A model generated the notes under the pieces. That model saw nothing but the letters and a program-made list of their open reading frames with translations. It made no database searches and was not told where the DNA came from. The translations under genes were made by a program, and so were the position numbers. A stretch of 30,676 bases of DNA from a virus (Duplodnaviria; Caudoviricetes), in the IMG/VR virus record IMGVR_UViG_3300035182_000075, positions 1 through 30,676 of that record, one strand, 5' to 3'. Shown in pieces: positions 24,957 to 30,676 of this stretch; positions within the stretch are counted from its first letter, which is position 1; every line of letters starts with the position of its first letter.

Positions 24957-25868
24957 ATGCCCGTGAATCTTTCAGCGATCAAAGACCTCCTACTGCCCGG
25001 CCTGATGAAGGTCGAGGGGAAGTACGCGCAAATCCCGTCGCAATACGACAAGATTTTCACCAAGCTGAACTCGAAGATGGCCCTCGAACGCACCGCCGAA
25101 ATGCGGTTCCTCGGGCTGGCGCAGTTGAAGACCGAAGGTGGCCAGACCTCCTTCGACAACAACGCGTCGGAACGCTTCATCTACAACCAAGAACACATCG
25201 AGATCGGCCTCGGCTACGCCATCACCCGCAAGGCGGTGGATGACAACCTCTACAAGTCGCAGTTCAACCCATCGAACCTCGGTCTGGTCCAGTCCTTCCA
25301 GCAGACCAAGGAAATCTATGGTGCCAACGTGCTGAACACCGCCACGGTCTTCAACTCGGCTATCGGCGGCGACGGCGTGGCTCTCTGCTCGACGGCACAC
25401 CCGATCGACGGCACCACGGTGGCGAACCGACCGGCGACGGACGTCGAACTGAACGAATCGACGCTGCTGTCCGCGATGATTGCCATCCGGACGAACTTCC
25501 GCGATCAGGCTGGCCTGAAGATTTTTGCCCGTGGCCGTAAGCTGATCATCCCGCCGGCGCTGGAACCGGTCGCCATCCGCCTGACCAAGACGGAACTGCG
25601 TCCCGGCACCGCCGACAACGACGTGAACGCGATCCTGTCGACCGCCGGCGGCCTGCCGGATGGCTACATCGTCAACGACTTCCTGACGGACGCCAACGAC
25701 TGGTACCTGATGACCAACATCGAAGGCCTGACCTACATGGTTCGCGTGGGCTTCGAAACGGACATGCAGGTGGACTTTGTTACGGATAACCTGCTGGTCA
25801 AAGGGTACGAGCGGTACTCCTTCGGCTACAACAACTGGCGCGCCATCTATGGCTCGTTCCCGACGTAA
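24957..25868 (+). CDS. Major capsid protein (HK97 fold)
   Basis: 303 aa; LLPGL, KTEGG, GYAITRKA.DDNLY, GGDGVALCSTAHP, LIIPPAL, ERYSFG..NWR.IYGS; strongly biased codons. Confidence 0.93.
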   Translation: MPVNLSAIKDLLLPGLMKVEGKYAQIPSQYDKIFTKLNSKMALERTAEMRFLGLAQLKTEGGQTSFDNNASERFIYNQEHIEIGLGYAITRKAVDDNLYKSQFNPSNLGLVQSFQQTKEIYGANVLNTATVFNSAIGGDGVALCSTAHPIDGTTVANRPATDVELNESTLLSAMIAIRTNFRDQAGLKIFARGRKLIIPPALEPVAIRLTKTELRPGTADNDVNAILSTAGGLPDGYIVNDFLTDANDWYLMTNIEGLTYMVRVGFETDMQVDFVTDNLLVKGYERYSFGYNNWRAIYGSFPT

Positions 25869-25877
25869 CCCGGCAAT

Positions 25878-25903
25878 GGTGGGGGCCTCGGCCCCCTCCT
25901 CTC
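25878..25903 (+). terminator. Hairpin after the capsid gene (attenuator or mRNA-stabilising)
   Basis: GGGGGC-ctcg-GCCCCC stem without a long U tract. Confidence 0.55.
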
Positions 25904-25916
25904 ACAGGAGAGAAAC

Positions 25917-26369
25917 ATGACTGCTACCCACTTCTCTGGGCCAGTGGTTGCCGGAACCAAGCAATCCGGTGATACGTACGGTCCGAACCAAGGCTACGCC
26001 ATTCTTGAGCAGGCAGTCGCCATCACCCAAGCTGGCGTCGGCACCGTGTCGTCGACCTTCTATGTCCCAGCAGGCTGCCGCATCATCGGCTTCAACGTCG
26101 ACGTTCTGACGGCCTTCGACAGCGCCACCACAGCGACCCTGAGTATCGGTACGGCGGCGGCTGGCACCCAGTACGTCTCCGGCGTCAACGCCAAGACTGC
26201 CGGTCGCACGATCCCGACCTTCACTGCGGCGCAGCTTGCCAAGATGAATGGCGTCACGATCCTCGGCGTGGCAGACCCGGTGCTGGAGACGGTCGTTGTC
26301 TCTGTTATCACGGTTGGTGCCACCACTGCTGGCTATCTGGTGGTCACCTGCCTGTACGCTCAACTTTGA
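25917..26369 (+). CDS. Putative structural protein (beta-rich)
   Basis: AGGAG RBS; THFSGPV N-terminus, T/A/V/G-rich. Confidence 0.8.
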   Translation: MTATHFSGPVVAGTKQSGDTYGPNQGYAILEQAVAITQAGVGTVSSTFYVPAGCRIIGFNVDVLTAFDSATTATLSIGTAAAGTQYVSGVNAKTAGRTIPTFTAAQLAKMNGVTILGVADPVLETVVVSVITVGATTAGYLVVTCLYAQL

Positions 26370-26374
26370 TCCTT

Positions 26375-26397
26375 GAGGGGGCTTGACGGCCCCCTCT
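26375..26397 (+). terminator. Intergenic hairpin
   Basis: GAGGGGGC-ttgacg-GCCCCCTC 8-bp stem. Confidence 0.55.
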
Positions 26398-26417
26398 GAT
26401 CCCTGAAAGGTGACGGC

Positions 26418-26726
26418 ATGACCCCTGTTCTTATCTCCAGAACCAACGTCGGCCAAAGCCCGACGGCGTCCCTTTCGAGCATGACCAATCCCTACAACGT
26501 TGGGTTCCATGCCAAGGTGACCGGCACGGCAACATTCAACGTCGAGATAAGCCCGCAGGACCCCACATTGGGTGCTCCCACGATCTGGTTCGTGGAGCCG
26601 AACTTCTCGGCTAAGACCGCAGATACGGTCGGTGCCAGCACGATCCCGGCGCAGGCTGTCCGCGTCAATATCACCTCGGGCACCGGGACGGTCGACCTGT
26701 ACATCGATCAGGCTGGCATGAGGTAA
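26418..26726 (+). CDS. Putative small structural protein
   Basis: AAGGTG RBS; beta-sandwich-like P..AVRVN.TSG.GTV...QAG. Confidence 0.75.
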   Translation: MTPVLISRTNVGQSPTASLSSMTNPYNVGFHAKVTGTATFNVEISPQDPTLGAPTIWFVEPNFSAKTADTVGASTIPAQAVRVNITSGTGTVDLYIDQAGMR

Positions 26727-26732
26727 CGCCTC

Positions 26733-27410
26733 ATGTCCACGACAGGTACCTACACCTTCAATCCCGGCCTCGGCGAGATCAGCCTCTACGCCTTCATGAA
26801 TATCGGCATCCGACCGACTTCAGTGCTGCAGGAGCATATGCAGTCGGTATCTATGGCTGCTAACATGCTGCTTTCACGCTGGGCAAATCAAGGTGTCAAC
26901 CTCTGGGCCGTGGACTTGATCACCACCGCTCTGGTGGACGGCACCGCGACCTATGACGTCGACGCCAGCACGATCATGATCTTGGATGCCTACATCGTGG
27001 TGAATGGCGTTGACCGAGTCATCATGCCAGTTAGCCGGACGGATTACTCCTCCTACCCGAACAAGACGCAGCAGGGCATGCCGACGATCTTCTGGTTCAA
27101 TCGGCTGATCGCCCCGACGGTGACGCTGTGGCCGGTTCCGGATGGGAACCAGACCAGCTTGAAATACTACCGCGTACGACGCATTCAGGATGCGGCGGTG
27201 GCATCGAATAAGCAGGTGGAAATCCCCTATGTCTGGCTGGAAGCCTTCGCCGACGCGCTGACCTACCGTCTGGCACGCATGTGGGCACCTCAGATGGCGC
27301 AGGCTCTGAAGCTGCAGGCAGATGAAAGCTACGACATCGCGGCACGGCAGAACGTCGAGAACGTGAACACCTACATCAGGCCGATGGTCTCTGGCTATTT
27401 CCGGAGTTGA
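26733..27410 (+). CDS. Putative head-tail adaptor / tail tubular protein
   Basis: LLSRWANQGVNLW, VSRTDY..YPNK..QG.P, LWPVPD; position after the capsid genes. Confidence 0.7.
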   Translation: MSTTGTYTFNPGLGEISLYAFMNIGIRPTSVLQEHMQSVSMAANMLLSRWANQGVNLWAVDLITTALVDGTATYDVDASTIMILDAYIVVNGVDRVIMPVSRTDYSSYPNKTQQGMPTIFWFNRLIAPTVTLWPVPDGNQTSLKYYRVRRIQDAAVASNKQVEIPYVWLEAFADALTYRLARMWAPQMAQALKLQADESYDIAARQNVENVNTYIRPMVSGYFRS

Positions 27411-27413
27411 CGC

Positions 27414-29672
27414 ATGGCTTGGGCATCGCGCGCAGGCCGCGCCAGAACATCCGCAAGCAGACCTCAGGCCCACGCGATCTGCGATCGTTGCGGTGCCCGG
27501 TATAACCACGTCGATCTGCAGTGGCAGATGGACTGGGCCGGGCCGGGCTTGATCAATAAACGTCTTCTGGTCTGCCGCCGGTGTCTTGATACTCCGCAGG
27601 ATCAACTTCGCTCCATCCTGATTCCGGCTGACCCGATCCCGATCCTGAACCCACGCCCTCAGAATTTCGAGGAGGTCGAGACCGACACGCGCGTTACCAG
27701 CGGGCAGAACACTGTCGACTTCTGGACCGGTCTTCCTGTCCCCGGCGGCAATACGAGAATCACGCAAGACGATCAGGCGCGTGTCACTCAGGCTACTGGG
27801 TCGGCGCCGGGCAGCTTCAACCCGCTGCCGGGCGTCCCAGATCCGAACGACCTGTACGGCGTCGACTACGGGCGGCCCGGACCGCGAATGGAGGCGACCC
27901 TCAAGGCTATCACGTTGATCCCGGCGACAGGAGACTTCGCGTACGCCACACAGGAAATCTTCTCTGATGGGGTCTCTCAGAACGCCCACACCGGGGCTGG
28001 TACCGCCGACATCATTGTGTCAGTCGATCAGTTGATCGGCGCAGCCACGGCTTTGGAACAGGTCAGCTTGGTGATCAGTTGGTTCGGCACAGACCTCCGC
28101 GCTGACCAGTGCCTGATCCAGCCCGGCGTGGACAGCCTGACAACCACCTCGACACCCAAGACGTGGGTCGTTGATGGGGTCGCCCGGGCTGACGCGCACC
28201 TGATCAGTACCGGCACCAGCGGGTCTCCAAACTACGGCGGGACGCCGGCAGACTTCAGCGTGGTGCAGGCCATAACGCTCCTGAAGGCCAAGGGGCTACG
28301 CATCTGCTTCTACCCGTTCATCCTGATGGACATCCCCGCCGGAAACGTGCTGCCGAACCCCTACAGTGCCAACGCCGCCACCCTCGGGCAGGCGGTTCTC
28401 CCGTGGCGCGGCAGGATCACCTGCTCTCCAGCCCCCGGCCAGACTGGCACGGTCGATCAGACTGCCACGGCTGCTACGCAGGTTGATGCATTCTTCGGTT
28501 CCGCCACCGCGTCCGATTTTACGGTTAGCGGAACTGATGTGTCCTACATCGGGACACCCGGAGACTGGGGATACCGCCGCATGGTGCTGCATTACGCGCT
28601 GCTGTGCCAAGCTGCCGGTGGGGTTGATAGCTTCCTGATCGGCTCCGAGATGCGCGGCCTGACGACGACCCGGTCCAGCGTGACGGATTTCCCGACTGTG
28701 ACCCAACTGGGGGCATTGCTGACCGATATTCGGGCGATCTTGGGGGATGATACCGAGATCGGCTACGCCGCCGACTGGACAGAATATTTCGGGTATCAGC
28801 CGGGTAGCGGAGACGTATTCTTCCACCTAGACCCGCTGTGGTCAGATGCGGAATGCGATTTCGTCGGTATTGACAACTACATGCCCTTGTCCGACTGGCG
28901 CGACTCTGGCTCTAATCTGGACGGCGAAGCGGGGTGGAACTCTGTCTATAATTCCGACTATTTGATGTCGAACATTGAGGGCGGAGAAGGCTACGACTGG
29001 TACTATGCCAGCGATGCAAACCGTACGAACCAAATACGTACCACGATCAGCGACGGCTCCTATGACAAGCCTTGGGTATTTCGGTACAAGGACTTCAGAA
29101 ATTGGTGGCTGAACGAACACTATGACCGCACTGCCAGTGTTGAGAGCGTCACTCCGACCGCTTGGGTTCCGGAGTCCAAGCCGATCCGGTTCACGGAGTT
29201 TGGCTGCCCGGCTGTCGATCTCGGGACGAACCAGCCGAACGTTTTCGTGGACCCAAAGTCGTCGGAGAGCGCGTTGCCGTACTTCTCCAGCGGCGCATCT
29301 GATCAGACCATCCAGCGGGCGGCGATCGAGGCTATCCTGAATTATTGGGGCGACCAAAACACCACCTCGACGGTCTATGGGGCCAACATGCTTGACCTGA
29401 CCAATAGTGCCGCGTGGACATGGGATGCACGGCCTTGGCCGTACTTCCCTGACCTGACCACGGTCTGGAGTGACGGACCAAACTGGGAGACGGGTCACTG
29501 GCTTACTGGTAGACTCGGGCAGCCGATTTCCGATGCTGAGACGACGGTCCTCTACGGTGTTGAGATCGGGCTGCCTTATGGTATGGTCGACGTACCCAAC
29601 GCCGGGTGGCCGATCCCAGAATATTGGCTGGACGAGTTCTCTTGGGACGACAGCAGCAGGTGGAGTGACTGA
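27414..29672 (+). CDS. Zn-finger structural protein with an inserted GTA megatron-type glycoside hydrolase TIM barrel
   Basis: N-terminal CDRCG...CRRC.D.PQ.QL; then SWFGTDLR, YGGTPAD, PWRGRIT, FLIGSEMRGLT, YAADWTEY, GIDNYMPLSDWRD, FTEFGCPAVD, WDARPWP, NWETGHWL. Confidence 0.9.
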   Translation: MAWASRAGRARTSASRPQAHAICDRCGARYNHVDLQWQMDWAGPGLINKRLLVCRRCLDTPQDQLRSILIPADPIPILNPRPQNFEEVETDTRVTSGQNTVDFWTGLPVPGGNTRITQDDQARVTQATGSAPGSFNPLPGVPDPNDLYGVDYGRPGPRMEATLKAITLIPATGDFAYATQEIFSDGVSQNAHTGAGTADIIVSVDQLIGAATALEQVSLVISWFGTDLRADQCLIQPGVDSLTTTSTPKTWVVDGVARADAHLISTGTSGSPNYGGTPADFSVVQAITLLKAKGLRICFYPFILMDIPAGNVLPNPYSANAATLGQAVLPWRGRITCSPAPGQTGTVDQTATAATQVDAFFGSATASDFTVSGTDVSYIGTPGDWGYRRMVLHYALLCQAAGGVDSFLIGSEMRGLTTTRSSVTDFPTVTQLGALLTDIRAILGDDTEIGYAADWTEYFGYQPGSGDVFFHLDPLWSDAECDFVGIDNYMPLSDWRDSGSNLDGEAGWNSVYNSDYLMSNIEGGEGYDWYYASDANRTNQIRTTISDGSYDKPWVFRYKDFRNWWLNEHYDRTASVESVTPTAWVPESKPIRFTEFGCPAVDLGTNQPNVFVDPKSSESALPYFSSGASDQTIQRAAIEAILNYWGDQNTTSTVYGANMLDLTNSAAWTWDARPWPYFPDLTTVWSDGPNWETGHWLTGRLGQPISDAETTVLYGVEIGLPYGMVDVPNAGWPIPEYWLDEFSWDDSSRWSD

Positions 29673-30676
29673 TGGCCATCGATCTGATCGATAACAACGA
29701 GGACCTCGGCGACGTCCGCGTGAAAATCAACCAGTTGATCCAGACGGTCAACTCCGGAGGCGGCGGAGGTGGGGGACTGCCTCCCGACGGAACCTATGTC
29801 GACATCAGCGTCTCAGGCGCTGGCACAATCTGGACAATCCGTAACGGCGTGGTATCTCTGACCAATATGGCCGACATGGCGACGGCGTCTTTTCTTGGGC
29901 GCACGACGGCAGGAGCTGGCTCTCCGGAGGTTCTAAGCGGCACGCAGGCGACTGCCTTGCTGGACACAGCCACTTCCGCCCTGAAAGGCCTAGCCCCCGC
30001 CTCCGGGGGAGGCACGACGAATTTCTTGCGTGCTGACCTGACGTGGGCAGCACCGCCCGGAGGTGGGGGACTGCCTCCAGACGCTAATTATGGTGACATT
30101 GTCGTCACCGGGGCCGGCACAGTCTGGACGGCTGACCCGACTACCGTGATGAAGCTGGCCGGGACGCAAACGGTCATCGGAGACAAGCGGTTTGATGGGT
30201 CCGTGGATGTCGATTCCCGTTACTTCAGAATTTTCAACGATGTACATGCCTTCTACGCCTATTACAACGTCAACAGCCTGACCGGGAACCGCCGGTTCAG
30301 CTTCCCCAATAATACGGGGACCTTTGCTCTTGTTGGTGACACGATCCCGAACTCCGCCTTGGCGACAATGGCCGCCAATACGGTGAAAGTGAACGCGACC
30401 GCTGGGGTCGCCACCCCTACCGATCTTGCGTTGGCTGCCTCTCAGCTTCTGGGTCGCGGTGCGAGCGGAAACATTGCGCCGATCGTGCTCGGTACGAACC
30501 TTTCGATGTCTGGAGCTACGCTGAATGCCGGCGGCGGCGGCGGGACGACCTTCTCAGATAGCGTCTTCCGGATTCAGGATAATGCCGACGCCACCAAGCA
30601 GATCGCTTTCGAAGCATCAGGGATCACGACTGGCACGACGCGTACTTTCACTGCCCCAGATGTCGATGGGACTCTG
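29672..30676 (+). CDS. Tail fibre protein (partial, runs off the window)
   Basis: GGAG RBS, TGATG overlap; open frame MAIDLIDNNEDLGDVRVKIN...FLRADLTWAAP...TQTVIGDKRF...RTFTAPDVDGTL with poly-Gly hinges. Confidence 0.85.
   Translation, partial: MAIDLIDNNEDLGDVRVKINQLIQTVNSGGGGGGGLPPDGTYVDISVSGAGTIWTIRNGVVSLTNMADMATASFLGRTTAGAGSPEVLSGTQATALLDTATSALKGLAPASGGGTTNFLRADLTWAAPPGGGGLPPDANYGDIVVTGAGTVWTADPTTVMKLAGTQTVIGDKRFDGSVDVDSRYFRIFNDVHAFYAYYNVNSLTGNRRFSFPNNTGTFALVGDTIPNSALATMAANTVKVNATAGVATPTDLALAASQLLGRGASGNIAPIVLGTNLSMSGATLNAGGGGGTTFSDSVFRIQDNADATKQIAFEASGITTGTTRTFTAPDVDGTL
29764..30078 (+). repeat. 21-bp exact direct repeat CGGAGGTGGGGGACTGCCTCC (29764-29784 and 30058-30078)
   Basis: Both copies open a GGGGLPPD..Y.DI.V.GAGT.WT module. 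Confidence 0.9.

Larger units (their letters stand above)
1..30676 (+). mobile_element. Tailed phage genome segment (podovirus-like head module, probable alphaproteobacterial host)
   Basis: Colinear terS-terL-portal-scaffold-capsid-adaptor-tail fibre genes, all on the + strand with ATGA/TGATG overlaps; no host housekeeping genes or integrase in the window. Confidence 0.95.

Noticed and set aside
27414-29672. Calling the whole window a gene transfer agent
   Set aside because: Only one GTA-like domain is present; the portal, capsid and many early accessory genes are not RcGTA-like.

Overview
A 30.7-kb, high-GC segment of a tailed dsDNA phage (or prophage) with all credible genes on the + strand. 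The host is probably an alphaproteobacterium, judged from CtrA-like, GcrA-like and GTA-megatron-like domains. Gene order: small early genes; an AT-rich structured intergenic region; a degenerate HNH-NUMOD3 gene; a SprT-like metalloprotease; terS; a CtrA/GcrA-like regulator; a deleted phosphatase remnant; terL; a beta-clamp-like gene; a P22-type portal; a ~8.4-kb block of five large genes; then GroES-like co-chaperonin, scaffold, minor and major capsid, adaptor, a Zn-finger protein with an inserted GTA TIM-barrel, and the start of a tail fibre. The most striking signal is in the block after the portal (13774-22181). A short peptide motif, [FYKRH]-[AKQSY]-x-G-G-x-[VIATPL], recurs about 19 times. 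It closes almost every enzymatic module (ADP-ribosyltransferase, duplicated ExQSDW domain, second ART-like domain, glycosylase-like domain) and forms an array in a low-complexity protein. This suggests a tag-based capsid-cargo or polyprotein-processing system. Family assignments come from motif recognition by eye; no database search was run.
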